Assembly: GCA_963776125.1 (NCBI GenBank)
Contig: CAVZMC010000003.1
Span: 540-64,539 of the forward strand
Length of the DNA stretch: 64,000 bases
Source: an uncultured Acidobacteriaceae bacterium
GTDB taxonomy: Bacteria; Acidobacteriota; Terriglobia; Terriglobales; Acidobacteriaceae
Reading direction: 5' to 3'
Made by a program: the position numbers and the translations under genes. Positions 35,169 through 45,190 of this stretch are shown piece after piece; the first letter of the stretch is position 1, and each line of letters begins with the position of its first letter. Below the pieces are notes generated by a model. That model saw nothing but the letters and a program-made list of their open reading frames with translations, did not search any database and was not told the DNA's origin.

Positions 35169-37016
35169 CTAGAAGAACCGCCCGATCCATCCCGGCTCGC
35201 GCACTTGTTCATCGTCCATGCGGCGCACTCGCGCCGCCAGGATGCCGGGCCTTCCCAGGTAGCCGACCACGCGGTCCGGATGTTCACGGTCCACTACCGG
35301 CAAGCGTCCGATATTGTTCCGCAACATTTTGGCGGAAGCTTCATGCAGCATTTCGTCCGGATACGTGACGATCAGATTCCGCGTTCCCGCGTCCAGCACG
35401 CTCATTGACCCGGACGGGTCCTTGTCCAGCGCGCGCAGCACATCGCCGCGGGTAATCATGCCCGCCAGTTTGCCTTCCTTGTTGTTGCCCGCTGACTCCA
35501 CGATGACCATGCCCTGATGACGGTTCGCCTCGGGGTCGCGGCGCGCGATGCGGTCGGCGAGTTCTCCGACCCGCATATCCGCCGTTAGCACGGGCACGTC
35601 CGGATCCATGGTCTCGGCGACTCTCACCTGCTGCAACACATCCGCTTCGTAGTCCTGATGGATGTGCAACCCTCGCCGCTCCAGCTTCTCGGTCATGATG
35701 GAAGAACGCGGCATCAGCAGCATGGCGACGCCGCTGGCAATCACCGTGACCAGCATCAACGGCAGCACCGAGTTGTAGTCGCGGGTGATCTCAAAAGCGA
35801 AAATGATAAAAGCAAAGGGAGCGCGGGCCGCCGCTCCGAATACCGCTCCCATCGCCACCAGCGCGAAGGCGCCGCCCGAGAGCTTAGCCCCGTGGAACAA
35901 CCGGTTTGCGCCCATGGCGAACACTCCGCCCAGAGCTGCGCTCGACATAAACATGGGCGCCAGCAACCCTCCCGAAGTCCCCGAACCCAGGGAAACCACC
36001 AAAGCCGCTGCCTTGGCGATCATCACCACCACGAGCAGCTTAAGAGCCAAATCCCCATTCAAGATATCGCCGATGGTGTCGTATCCCACTCCCAGAATGC
36101 GCGGCACGAAGTAGCCAATAATCCCCAGGCCCAGAGCGCCAATCGCCGGCCACCACAGTTCGTCCACCGGCAACTTTTCAAACTGATCTTCCACCCAATA
36201 GAGAGTTTTGGAAAACGCCACGGCCGCCAGGCCGCAAATGACCGCCAGCGCAAGATAAAACGGCAAGGCCCGCGGGACGCCAAAGTCCATCGCCCGCACC
36301 GCGAACATCGGCCCCGCTCCCAGCAATTGCATGTGGACAGCGGTGGCGAGGGTGCTGGCCACCACCAAGGGAATAAACGAGCGCGCCTTGAATTCAAACA
36401 GGAGCAGTTCGATGGCCAGAATCACGCCCGCAATCGGCGTATTGAAAGTCGCCGACATTCCTGCCGCCGCGCCACATGCCAGCAGCACTTTGCGCTCCGA
36501 GGCCGTGGTATGAAAAACCTGCCCCACCAGCGAGCCCACCGCGCCGCCCGTTTGAATAATGGGGCCTTCCGCGCCAAACGGGCCGCCGGTGCCGATCGCG
36601 ATCGCCGCCGAGAGCGGCTTTAGAATCGCGACTCGCGGCGCAATCCGGCTGCGACTGATCATCACCGCTTCCATGGCCTCGGGAATTCCGTGCCCTTTGA
36701 TCTTCGAGCTTCCGTATTTCGCCATAATGCCGACGATAATTCCGCCAATCACCGGAATCGGAATCACCCACAACCCAAGATGATTGTGCCGCGCGCTGGT
36801 AAAGTCGGCGACGAAACGGCCATAAAACGCAATATTGGTAAATAAGCCGATCAACCGATAGAGGATGAATGCGATCAGGCCCGCGATCAGGCCAATCCCG
36901 GCCGCCAGGAATGAAATCAACACCATGCGAAATTGCGCCGGCACGGCAATCGTGTCCCTTACGAACGTACCCGCGCCTGTCGTTGCCGCTACTTCCGTTA
37001 CCGCTCTGGTTCTCAC
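35169..37016 (-). CDS. ClC-family chloride/proton channel with C-terminal CBS pair
   Basis: 615 aa, multi-TM with GxEGP-type selectivity motifs (GPFGAEGPIIQ, GSGTSGGLLAP). C-terminal CBS-like repeats (VGELADRI..., LIVTYPDEMLHEA...LPVVD). Confidence 0.9.
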   Translation of the reverse strand: MRTRAVTEVAATTGAGTFVRDTIAVPAQFRMVLISFLAAGIGLIAGLIAFILYRLIGLFTNIAFYGRFVADFTSARHNHLGLWVIPIPVIGGIIVGIMAKYGSSKIKGHGIPEAMEAVMISRSRIAPRVAILKPLSAAIAIGTGGPFGAEGPIIQTGGAVGSLVGQVFHTTASERKVLLACGAAAGMSATFNTPIAGVILAIELLLFEFKARSFIPLVVASTLATAVHMQLLGAGPMFAVRAMDFGVPRALPFYLALAVICGLAAVAFSKTLYWVEDQFEKLPVDELWWPAIGALGLGIIGYFVPRILGVGYDTIGDILNGDLALKLLVVVMIAKAAALVVSLGSGTSGGLLAPMFMSSAALGGVFAMGANRLFHGAKLSGGAFALVAMGAVFGAAARAPFAFIIFAFEITRDYNSVLPLMLVTVIASGVAMLLMPRSSIMTEKLERRGLHIHQDYEADVLQQVRVAETMDPDVPVLTADMRVGELADRIARRDPEANRHQGMVIVESAGNNKEGKLAGMITRGDVLRALDKDPSGSMSVLDAGTRNLIVTYPDEMLHEASAKMLRNNIGRLPVVDREHPDRVVGYLGRPGILAARVRRMDDEQVREPGWIGRFF

Positions 37017-37507
37017 TTTGCGCCATGTTCTAGCCGTGTCGCCCTCGTCTTATGGTTATGGGCCGTTTTGGCTGCCACCGTTGCGGAATGCTTACCCGCC
37101 GGCACCAGCCGCTGCAACGCCGCAAGCAGCGCCGGACCCCGCGTGCGAAGCTCGTTTTTGTGGTGCATCGAGAGATTCCGTAACACCCGTTCGCCTTTCG
37201 GGGTGAGCGCCAACAGCACCTCCCGCCGGTCTTCTCGGCCCGGGCGGCGCACGACATAGCCGCCCGCGGCCAGGCGGTTCGCCAGCTCGACCGCGCTGTG
37301 ATGCTCGATCTGCAAGCGCTCCGCCAGCTCCCCGATCCGCGGCTTCACGCCCGTCGGCAGCCCTTTGATGGCCAGCATCAACTGATGTTGCCTTGGCTCT
37401 AAGGACACACGGCGCGCGGCCTGCTCGCTGAAAGCCAAGAAACGGCGGATTTGATACCGGAAATCGGCCAGGGACTCGTAGTCCGCGTGGGTTAGATTAG
37501 TTGACAT
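37013..37507 (-). CDS. MarR-family transcriptional regulator
   Basis: 164 aa, wHTH core LEPRQHQLMLAIKGLP...IGELAERLQIEHHSAVELANRLAAGGYVVRR. Overlaps the ClC start by 4 bp. Confidence 0.88.
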   Translation of the reverse strand: MSTNLTHADYESLADFRYQIRRFLAFSEQAARRVSLEPRQHQLMLAIKGLPTGVKPRIGELAERLQIEHHSAVELANRLAAGGYVVRRPGREDRREVLLALTPKGERVLRNLSMHHKNELRTRGPALLAALQRLVPAGKHSATVAAKTAHNHKTRATRLEHGAK

Positions 37508-37726
37508 GCCGCGAAGTATATCGTATCAAGATCATTGTACCGCCCCATTACATCGTAACACGATATAGTCGGCCATGAGCGAATTGTCGACGGGAACGGC
37601 GCATTTCCGCAAGCCGGTTCGGTTCTGATCTACGCCGCGTCGGGCTCTGCGCTCGTCTATGGCCACGGCCCTCCCGCTGCATATAGAATCTTGAGTCGCA
37701 CATTTCAGGATCGCTAAGAGGCGCTT

Positions 37727-39067
37727 TTGATCCCACGCTATACCCGCCCGGAAATGGGCCGCATCTGGAGCGAAGAAAACCGCTTCCGTACCTGGCTGAC
37801 TGTGGAAGTCGCCGCCACCGAAACGCTCGCCGAAGCCGGCATGGTCCCAAAAGAGGCCGCCCGCGCCATCCGCGAACGCGCCGATTTCAGCGTCGAGCGC
37901 ATCAATCAAATCGAATCCGAAGTTCGCCACGACGTCATTGCTTTCACCACGGCGGTCGCCGAGATCGTGGGTCCCCATGCCCGCTGGTTTCATTACGGCC
38001 TGACTTCCAACGACGTCGTTGACACTGCGCAAGCTCTCCTCGTCGGCCAAGCGTCTGCCATCATCGCCGCCGATCTGGAGCGCTTGTCGGACATCCTGAA
38101 GCGCCGCGCCTGGGAGTTCAAAGACACTCCTATGATCGGCCGCACCCACGGCATCCACGCCGAGCCGATTACGTTCGGATTCAAAATTGCGAATTGGTAT
38201 TCCGAGGTTCAGCGCGACAGCGCCCGCTTCCAGCGTGCGGCCGAAGACATGCGCGTCGGCAAATTCTCCGGCGCGGTCGGCACCTTCGCTCACCTCACGC
38301 CCGAGTTGGAGGAGAAAATCTGCGCCCGCCTGGGTCTGAGGGCGGCCGCCGTTTCGTCGCAGGTCATCCAGCGCGACCGTCACGCCTACTATCTAGCCAC
38401 GCTTGCCGTCATCGCTTGCACGCTTGACAAGATCGCCACCGAAATCCGCCACTTGCAGCGCACCGAAGTCCGCGAAGCCGAGGAGTTTTTCAGCGAGAAA
38501 CAAAAAGGCTCCTCCGCCATGCCCCACAAGCGCAATCCGGTAACCAGCGAGCAGATCAGCGGCCTTTCCCGCGTAGTGCGCTCGAACGCGCAGGCGGGAT
38601 TTGAAAACGTCGCCCTCTGGCATGAGCGCGATATTTCCCACTCCTCCGCCGAGCGCGTCATCATCCCCGATTCCACCACGCTGACCGATTACCTGCTGCA
38701 GAAGACGGCCAATCTGATCGACACCCTGTTCGTCTACCCCGAACGCATGCGGATCAATCTCGAGAGTACCGGCGGTCTAGTCTTTAGCGGACAGTTGTTG
38801 CTGGATTTGGTGGAACACGGAGTCTCGCGCGAGGACGCCTACCGCGCCGTGCAAACTCACGCCATGCGCGCCTGGAAGGATGGATTGGATTTTCGCGAGC
38901 AGATACTCAAGGACAAAGAGATTGCAGGCCGCGTGCCGCGGGCACAGGTCGAGCGGGCGTTCGATCTGCGGCGCCAATTGCGCAATATCGACAAAATATT
39001 CGCGCGTGTGTTCGGTGCGGACCAAAAATCCGGCAAAAAGTTGCGCGCGAAAAGGAAAAGACGCTAA
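37727..39067 (+). CDS. purB: adenylosuccinate lyase
   Basis: 446 aa, IPRYTRPEMGRIWSEENRF, GLTSNDVVDTA, SSAMPHKRNP signature. TTG start. Confidence 0.93.
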   Translation: MIPRYTRPEMGRIWSEENRFRTWLTVEVAATETLAEAGMVPKEAARAIRERADFSVERINQIESEVRHDVIAFTTAVAEIVGPHARWFHYGLTSNDVVDTAQALLVGQASAIIAADLERLSDILKRRAWEFKDTPMIGRTHGIHAEPITFGFKIANWYSEVQRDSARFQRAAEDMRVGKFSGAVGTFAHLTPELEEKICARLGLRAAAVSSQVIQRDRHAYYLATLAVIACTLDKIATEIRHLQRTEVREAEEFFSEKQKGSSAMPHKRNPVTSEQISGLSRVVRSNAQAGFENVALWHERDISHSSAERVIIPDSTTLTDYLLQKTANLIDTLFVYPERMRINLESTGGLVFSGQLLLDLVEHGVSREDAYRAVQTHAMRAWKDGLDFREQILKDKEIAGRVPRAQVERAFDLRRQLRNIDKIFARVFGADQKSGKKLRAKRKRR

Positions 39068-39537
39068 GGCTTGGGCGGCGCGGAAGTCGGCGATTCCGTC
39101 TTTGCAGGCAAGGGCTTCGTTGCTGGCGATTCTTGTCCTCCCCATAGCAAGCCATCCAAGGAAAAACACCCGCCACCGGTGAGCATCAAGCTGATGTTCA
39201 CGGCCAGCAGGGTCAGAGCGAACTCATATCCCATGGGAACGAAGAAACCGTTCTTGAAATGGACTTTGATCACTGCCACAGCCATCTCGATGGCGAGGAT
39301 CAGTGCGTTCACGCGCGTGGCAAATCCGAAGATCAGCGCCGCCCCGCAGACAAGTTCAACCAGCGGTATTAACTGGCCAAAGAATTTGGCATGAGGGATT
39401 CCCAGCGAGCCGAAGAACGCCACAACCGCAGGCACGCCAAAGGAAAAAAACTTCTGGATCCCATGCCGCACGAACACAATGCCAACCACAATTCGCAAAA
39501 CCGTCGGCCCGGCTGACCGGTTTGTCGTCTTGCTCAT
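39064..39537 (-). CDS. DoxX-family membrane protein
   Basis: LRIVVGIVFVRHGIQKF, four TM segments, Pro/Ser-rich tail. Convergent 4-bp overlap with purB. Confidence 0.85.
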   Translation of the reverse strand: MSKTTNRSAGPTVLRIVVGIVFVRHGIQKFFSFGVPAVVAFFGSLGIPHAKFFGQLIPLVELVCGAALIFGFATRVNALILAIEMAVAVIKVHFKNGFFVPMGYEFALTLLAVNISLMLTGGGCFSLDGLLWGGQESPATKPLPAKTESPTSAPPKP

Positions 39538-39710
39538 GATCTTCTCCTCTTGCGCCGCGGACTCGCTGGCGGGTTCTCCCGCCGCGCAGGTTATTCGTTA
39601 TTCGAGCGATTGTCAAAAGTTCGTAAAGCTACTTGCCAGCCTCGGCCATCGGCAACTTTGAGCCCGTTTCCGGGTTTAACAGATTAAGCCAGAAGTGAGG
39701 AGGATTTTCC

Positions 39711-40469
39711 ATGAGACGTTCTCTCAATATTTATGCGTCACTTTTCGCGGTTGCGATGCTCAGCGCCGCATTGTCGGCGCAAACCGGCGCCGCCGGTAGC
39801 TACGACAGCGCAATCGAAACTCGCGCCACGCGGCAATTGGCCGCCAAGCAGGAATTCCACGATGTGCGGGCCACGGTCGATGACGGCATCGTAACCTTGA
39901 ATGGCCACGTTGCTCTTTATCAGCAAAAGCTGGACGCGGCCAAACGTGTTCGCAAACTGCCCAGCGTGCAAGGCGTGCGCAACCTGATCGAGGTTGGCGG
40001 CAATGGAGTTCCCGATACCACGCTCGCGGCCGAGCTTGATCGCAAGCTCTATTACGATCGCCTCGGCTATGACAATACGTTCAACTACCTAACCGCCTCG
40101 GTGAAGGATGGTATCGCCACGCTGAGCGGCGAAGCCAGGCTGCCGGTCGATCTCGATTCCGCATTGACGCTGGTCGACAACACCCCAGGCGTAAAGGACG
40201 TCGTCAACCACGCGACCGTCGCCCCGGCATCGATCTTCGATGACGGCATTCGGCTGCGCGTAGCGCGAGCCATTTATCGCGACCCGGTGCTCGGCCGCTA
40301 TAGCATCGACCCGGCGAAGCCAATTCGCATAGTCGTGACCAACGGCCACCTCGCGCTCTACGGCACGGTGCAGAACACGATGGATAAGCAGATTGCCGGC
40401 ATGCGCGCCAACCAGGTTTTTGGCGTCTTCAGCGTGCAGAATAACCTGGAGGTGGAAAAGCACTCGTAA
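39711..40469 (+). CDS. secreted protein with three BON domains
   Basis: Signal peptide, then three BON-like units (VRATVDDGIVTLNGHV, LTASVKDGIATLSGEA, IRIVVTNGHLALYGTV). Confidence 0.85.
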   Translation: MRRSLNIYASLFAVAMLSAALSAQTGAAGSYDSAIETRATRQLAAKQEFHDVRATVDDGIVTLNGHVALYQQKLDAAKRVRKLPSVQGVRNLIEVGGNGVPDTTLAAELDRKLYYDRLGYDNTFNYLTASVKDGIATLSGEARLPVDLDSALTLVDNTPGVKDVVNHATVAPASIFDDGIRLRVARAIYRDPVLGRYSIDPAKPIRIVVTNGHLALYGTVQNTMDKQIAGMRANQVFGVFSVQNNLEVEKHS

Positions 40470-40494
40470 GTGCTCGTGGATCGGATTGTGCAGG

Positions 40495-40524
40495 AAAGGC
40501 GCGGCTGCGGCCGTGCCTTTTTTG
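40495..40524. terminator. stem-loop plus T tract between convergent genes
   Basis: AAAGGCGCGGC-TGC-GGCCGTGCCTTT followed by TTTG (one mismatch in the stem). Confidence 0.5.
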
Positions 40525-40584
40525 TGAATGAGGGGCTGAAAACTGAGATAAGGATCATCGGCATCGAACCGGCGGTGTTTTCCT

Positions 40585-42180
40585 TCACCCCGCCGTGCGC
40601 CGCTCTTGCGAAAATACCGCCCTGACAGATCTCGGTTTTTTCCGCCCCGCGCGCTTTCCCACGATCGCCAAGCAGATATCCCGCGCGATTCCTGGCTCTT
40701 CCAGCCGGGCCAGAAACACCTGCCGCAATCGGCTGCGGTTCACGCGTCCCGCGAGATACTTGTTATACAATTCGCTGCCGATGATGTAGCCAAGCTGTCG
40801 CGGCTGTTCGTCGATCTTGGCGCCATCGTTGTGCACCGCAGTTTCGATGAATTCCTCGCAGAGCCCGCGCGATAGTTCGCTCTCAGGATGCACCGCCGGG
40901 CGCGCCGGGTACAGCACGCGCGACCCAAAGTATCCCAGTGCATGCTCTAGTGTGCGCCCGTAGAAGCCGTCGGCCGTTTGTTCTACCCTTTGTCCCGAAG
41001 GCAACCCACGGCAAGCTCGATGCAGAAACCGCGCCGCCTCTTCCGCCGCGTACATCATCTGAAACTCGCGTACATAGAGAACATTTGTGCGCGGCAAGTA
41101 AACACTGCCGCGCTCCTCGATCCGGCGCAACAACGCCGCCTGCTCCTCTTCCACTGCGGTTTCGCGAACCAGCAACCGGCGCAAGCGCGCATCGGACGCG
41201 CCACAACAGACCTCGGGCAGCAGATCGACCAAGAATTTCGGCTGCGTTCCGTTATGCGAAGAATAGAGATTGATATCGAGAAAGCGGATCAGGCTGTCGA
41301 TCAGGTTGTAGATGGTGGGCGCCAGGTCCGGCCCCTCGTCGTCACTGCGTCCCCAACGGCTCAGGTGCAGACGGTAGCTCTCATATTTTTCAAGCGGCGT
41401 GGAGTTGAACACGCATACCACGTTCTCCGCCACCCGAACCGCTTCTACCCGTTCGCACGGTTCCCCCGCCGCATGCCAATAGAGCGCGTCCACATTTTGC
41501 AGCACGGTCAACACCCGCTCCTGCGGCCTGTGCTCGTGCAGTTGCCGTGGAAGATGCCCGGGCGCCAAGTGCGACTCCCCGAATAACACAACGATTGCCG
41601 CCTCGGGATGCCGCTGCCGCATTTCGCAGATCTTGTGCGCGGCGTGCCGGTCGCGGGCGCCAATCTTGCGCAAATCCTCGCGCGGCATGCAGTCCAGCCC
41701 ATAAATCCCCTCGGCATGTTCCCGCGCCGTCACCAGCAATCGATAAAACGGCGCCCAGTCGTAGCCCCAGTCAAGATCGAACCGGATGCGCTGCCGCAAT
41801 TCCGTTTCCTCGATCTCGCGCCGCCACCATTCGTCCAGAATGTGCTGGTCGCGCGCGAATATGGTCTCCAGTCCCAGCACCACTTTGCGGTCGCCCGGTT
41901 GTGCCCGTTCCTCAAACAGCGTGGCGGCAAAACGTTGCGCGGCCGGCAGCGCATGGTAGTCGCCGACCAGCACAATATCCGCGCTCCTCACCGTGCTCTT
42001 CAATTCTTCGGAGTTGATCACCGCGTCATAGGAACGAAACGCCTGACCGAAGTCGCGAAGATATTTGCGGCGTCCGCTCGGATCCGTGACCCGGATCTCG
42101 CGCTCCACCCCAGCCAGCGCATGCCACTGCGCCTCACTGCGCCGCGACCGTAAGTTGGTAGTCGTCGCCATGCGATTCAC
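40585..42180 (-). CDS. ChaN/Tiki-superfamily (Cofac_haem_bdg-like) protein with a long C-terminal extension
   Basis: 531 aa. Paired GxxH-type motifs IVLVGDYHALPAAQ and VVLFGESHLAPGHL are typical of the ChaN/TraB/Tiki fold. No signal peptide is evident. Confidence 0.55.
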   Translation of the reverse strand: MNRMATTTNLRSRRSEAQWHALAGVEREIRVTDPSGRRKYLRDFGQAFRSYDAVINSEELKSTVRSADIVLVGDYHALPAAQRFAATLFEERAQPGDRKVVLGLETIFARDQHILDEWWRREIEETELRQRIRFDLDWGYDWAPFYRLLVTAREHAEGIYGLDCMPREDLRKIGARDRHAAHKICEMRQRHPEAAIVVLFGESHLAPGHLPRQLHEHRPQERVLTVLQNVDALYWHAAGEPCERVEAVRVAENVVCVFNSTPLEKYESYRLHLSRWGRSDDEGPDLAPTIYNLIDSLIRFLDINLYSSHNGTQPKFLVDLLPEVCCGASDARLRRLLVRETAVEEEQAALLRRIEERGSVYLPRTNVLYVREFQMMYAAEEAARFLHRACRGLPSGQRVEQTADGFYGRTLEHALGYFGSRVLYPARPAVHPESELSRGLCEEFIETAVHNDGAKIDEQPRQLGYIIGSELYNKYLAGRVNRSRLRQVFLARLEEPGIARDICLAIVGKRAGRKKPRSVRAVFSQERRTAG

Positions 42181-42292
42181 GTAGAGCGGGCGCCCTCGCC
42201 CGCTGCCCTTGACTTGCTCTCCGCGGCATCCCTATTCTCAGGACGCTGAAAGCTGCGGCCGAACCTCGCGCCTCCAGAGGGAGAATCAAAAC

Positions 42293-42892
42293 TTGCTCAA
42301 CCCGCCTCAGAACCTCACCGTCGCCACCACCGGCGCCAGCGGTTCGTTATTTCTTAAGCACTTCTTGCTGGCCCTCGACCGCGATAAGCGCGTGAAAACC
42401 GTGAACTTCATCGCCTCCGACAGCGGCCTGCGCGTGCTCGCGGAGGAACTCGGCCTGCGCGGCCGCAGCAACCTGGCAAGTCAGATCCTGGGCAAGCCCT
42501 CCGGCAAGATTCATGTCCAGGCCAACGCCGATATCGGCGCCAACATCGCCAGCGGCTCTTATCCCGCTGACGCGATGGTCGTCATCCCCTGCAGCGTAGG
42601 CACCCTGGCCCGTATCGCCAACGGCATCGCCTCGCACCTGATTGAGCGCGCCGCCGATGTCTGCCTCAAGGAAAAACGCCCCCTGGTGCTCTGCGTCCGC
42701 GAAACGCCGCTCAACAAAATCCACATCCGCAACATGTACCGAGCGGCCGACGCCGGCGCAACCGTCTTTCCCCTAATCCCGGCTTTCTACAATCGTCCGT
42801 CCTCATTCGATGCGATGGCGCGCGAGTTCGCTTTTCGCGTCCTGGCCCACCTTGGCCTGCCTCAATCCGACGCCTATCGATGGAAAGGCTGA
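42293..42892 (+). CDS. ubiX: UbiX-family flavin prenyltransferase
   Basis: LTVATTGASGS, VVIPCSVGTLARIANG, RPLVLCVRETPLN. Start moved to in-frame TTG 42293 behind GGAGGGAGAA; the track's 42209 adds about 28 unsupported residues. Confidence 0.85.
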   Translation: MLNPPQNLTVATTGASGSLFLKHFLLALDRDKRVKTVNFIASDSGLRVLAEELGLRGRSNLASQILGKPSGKIHVQANADIGANIASGSYPADAMVVIPCSVGTLARIANGIASHLIERAADVCLKEKRPLVLCVRETPLNKIHIRNMYRAADAGATVFPLIPAFYNRPSSFDAMAREFAFRVLAHLGLPQSDAYRWKG

Positions 42893-43044
42893 TCGGCAGA
42901 AAGCCTGAAGCATCTGCTATTTAGGGATATCGGCACCTACCGGGAGACTTTCAGTGTAAGAAGGTTGGATGCCATGAACCAGATACCCAGCGGTCATGGA
43001 CTGCGGGTTGCTGCGTCAGTGCAAAACAAGAGAGGAACGCTCGC

Positions 43045-43581
43045 TTACTCTGGAGCCCCTGCCTCCTGGCTATCATGGTTGCGATCCGCGTCGCCATCGT
43101 CTTGCGGACTCGTCCTGGGCGGCAGCGCCGCAATCACCAGCGCCACCACAATCCCCACCGCAACTTCCAGGAAACGCCAGAGTGCGAGCCTCCACGGAGA
43201 GAGTCCGGCAGAGTGAATCAGCATGACAATCGCCACCGTCACGCAGGCCAGACGGTAGCTCTGCTCCAAATTCAGCAGGGTGCACAGCAAAGCGGTTACC
43301 GTCGCAGCCAATCCGAACGCCCACAAATGGCTGCCCCACAGCTGGACGAATAACGCCCCAGCCACCGCGCCGATTGCCGTCCCAATCAGCCGCGTCCACG
43401 AGGCTTTGAAAGTTGCGCCCACGTCGGCGCCCATCACCACAAAGGCGCTGATGGCCGCCCAATAGGCCTGGGGCAGCTTGAGCAGATTGGCCGCATAGAG
43501 AGCCACCACCCCTGCGATCCCGATTTTGAGCGCTCTCGGGAGATGACTAACCCTCATTCTTGCCCCATTCTCCATCCCCAT
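43045..43581 (-). CDS. FUSC/ArAE-like membrane protein (short form)
   Basis: 178 aa. ALKIGIAGVVALYAANLLKLPQAYWAAISAFVV... matches the N-terminal TM bundle of the fusaric-acid-resistance family. Confidence 0.6.
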   Translation of the reverse strand: MGMENGARMRVSHLPRALKIGIAGVVALYAANLLKLPQAYWAAISAFVVMGADVGATFKASWTRLIGTAIGAVAGALFVQLWGSHLWAFGLAATVTALLCTLLNLEQSYRLACVTVAIVMLIHSAGLSPWRLALWRFLEVAVGIVVALVIAALPPRTSPQDDGDADRNHDSQEAGAPE

Positions 43582-43810
43582 TCCTAAGCCCCACTCCTAA
43601 GCCTTAGTTCGGCATCGCCAACCGGCAACCTAAGCCCCTCTCGCCTGAAAACTGCCCCACTTTTCCCGCGCCCGCGAAGGAACCTGTAAACGCTATACTC
43701 TAGCAAATCAAGCAGTTCCCCGGACTACCGCGCCGTGGTAGCCTAGAACGCAGATTACGTAGGGGTTACGCTAGGCGCGGTCGCCCACAGGCCCCCGTGC
43801 TGACGCCCTG

Positions 43811-44587
43811 ATGGCCAACGAATTCACACGCACCGAACCGCCCGTACCCCGTTCTGCCGATGGGACTTCCGAGCCCGCACCCGAGCCCGGCGAGACGCAA
43901 CTTTTGGCCGCCGAAGGGGTTCAAACCAATGTGAGTAGCGTAGCCATGGATCGGGGGTTGCTCGCAATGGCCGCCGTGCCCTCTTCGGCGCAGGCTGCCA
44001 CTGGACTTTCCCCCGAAGGCGTGAACGACGCCGAGGTTATGCTGCGGGTGAAGGCCGGGGACGAATCGGCGTTCCAATATTTGGTTGAAAAATACCGCCG
44101 GCCCATGGTGAATTTCATGTATCGCATGGCGCATAATGCGGCCGCGGCCGAGGATCTGGCGCAGGAAGTTTTTCTGCGCGTCTATCGTTCGCGCGAGGGC
44201 TACGAGGCCAGCGCCAAGTTCACCACCTGGTTGTATCGCATTGCGACCAACCTGGCCGTGAACCACGCCCGCGACACGCGCAATGAGCGCCCGGAAAAAA
44301 CCGTCAGCCTGGATCAGCCGGACGACGAAACCGGCCTCACCATGGACGTGCCGGACTCCACGCTCTCCGCGGAAGAAATGCTTCTCCGCCGCGAGCGCCT
44401 GGCGGCCATCCGCCAGCGCGTCCAGGCTTTGCCCGAACGCCAAAGAATGGCGGTCGCCATGCACAAGTATCAGCACATGGATTACAAACAAATTGGCGAA
44501 GTGCTCAAGCTGAGCGAGTCCGCCACCAAGTCGCTGCTGTTTCGCGCGTACGAAACTTTGCGCCAGCAGCTGAAAGAGTTTATTTAA
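43811..44587 (+). CDS. ECF-type RNA polymerase sigma factor with N-terminal extension
   Basis: Region 2 (AEDLAQEVFLRVYRSREGYEASAKFTTWLYRIATNLAVNHARD) and region 4 (QRMAVAMHKYQHMDYKQIGEVLKLSESATKSLLFRA). Start uncertain. Confidence 0.88.
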   Translation: MANEFTRTEPPVPRSADGTSEPAPEPGETQLLAAEGVQTNVSSVAMDRGLLAMAAVPSSAQAATGLSPEGVNDAEVMLRVKAGDESAFQYLVEKYRRPMVNFMYRMAHNAAAAEDLAQEVFLRVYRSREGYEASAKFTTWLYRIATNLAVNHARDTRNERPEKTVSLDQPDDETGLTMDVPDSTLSAEEMLLRRERLAAIRQRVQALPERQRMAVAMHKYQHMDYKQIGEVLKLSESATKSLLFRAYETLRQQLKEFI

Positions 44588-44606
44588 GTTTTTTCAGGGG
44601 AACGTT

Positions 44607-45086
44607 ATGAAGTGCCAAGAAATTCGCGAACTGATGCCGGACGTGGCCGCTGGACTGAGCGCGCCCACGCCCGAACTCGACCAACATCTGCTGGCATGCG
44701 CGGTCTGCGCCAGCCACTTGCAAGAGCTGCGCCAGACCATGGCGCTGCTCGACGAGTGGCAGGCGCCCGAGCCTTCGCCCTACTTCGACGTGCGCTTGGG
44801 CGCGCGTCTGCGCGAAGAGATGGCAAAACCGCAGCGCGCGGGCTGGTTCCACTGGGTCCGCAAGCCCGCCCTTGCCGTTTCTCTGGCCATGCTGATGGTC
44901 GTGGGCATCACTCTTTTCCAAAGCGACAGCCGCGCCCCGCAGATCGTGCCCAATCCGGTGGTCCAGGTGCAGCCGGGAACCGCCGTCGGCGATCTGCAAG
45001 CGTTGGACAAGAATCACGACATGTATTCCGATTTCGATGTGCTGGATGATCTGGAAGTGCAGCAGAACGTCAACGCCAATCCGTAA
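44607..45086 (+). CDS. anti-sigma factor (zf-HC2 type), single TM
   Basis: MKCQEIRELMPD...HLLACAVCASHLQEL, TM ALAVSLAMLMVVGITLF. Lies 20 nt after the sigma gene. Confidence 0.8.
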   Translation: MKCQEIRELMPDVAAGLSAPTPELDQHLLACAVCASHLQELRQTMALLDEWQAPEPSPYFDVRLGARLREEMAKPQRAGWFHWVRKPALAVSLAMLMVVGITLFQSDSRAPQIVPNPVVQVQPGTAVGDLQALDKNHDMYSDFDVLDDLEVQQNVNANP

Positions 45087-45190
45087 GGCGAAGACAGACT
45101 TGAAGAGACAGGCAGCATGCGCTTCCATCACAGCTTGCGTGCGAGGTTGTTCACGGGGAGAGCAGGTACGAGGTGTTGCAACCGAAATCC

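Noticed and set aside
37532-38383. 283-aa minus-strand ORF
   Set aside because: It is antisense to purB. The same reasoning applies to 35658..36623 (antisense to ClC), 56685..57707 (antisense to HlyD), 57937..58758 and 58854..59777 (antisense to the ABC genes), 18852..19631 (antisense to the kinase) and 43766..44491 / 44580..45269 (antisense to the sigma and anti-sigma genes).
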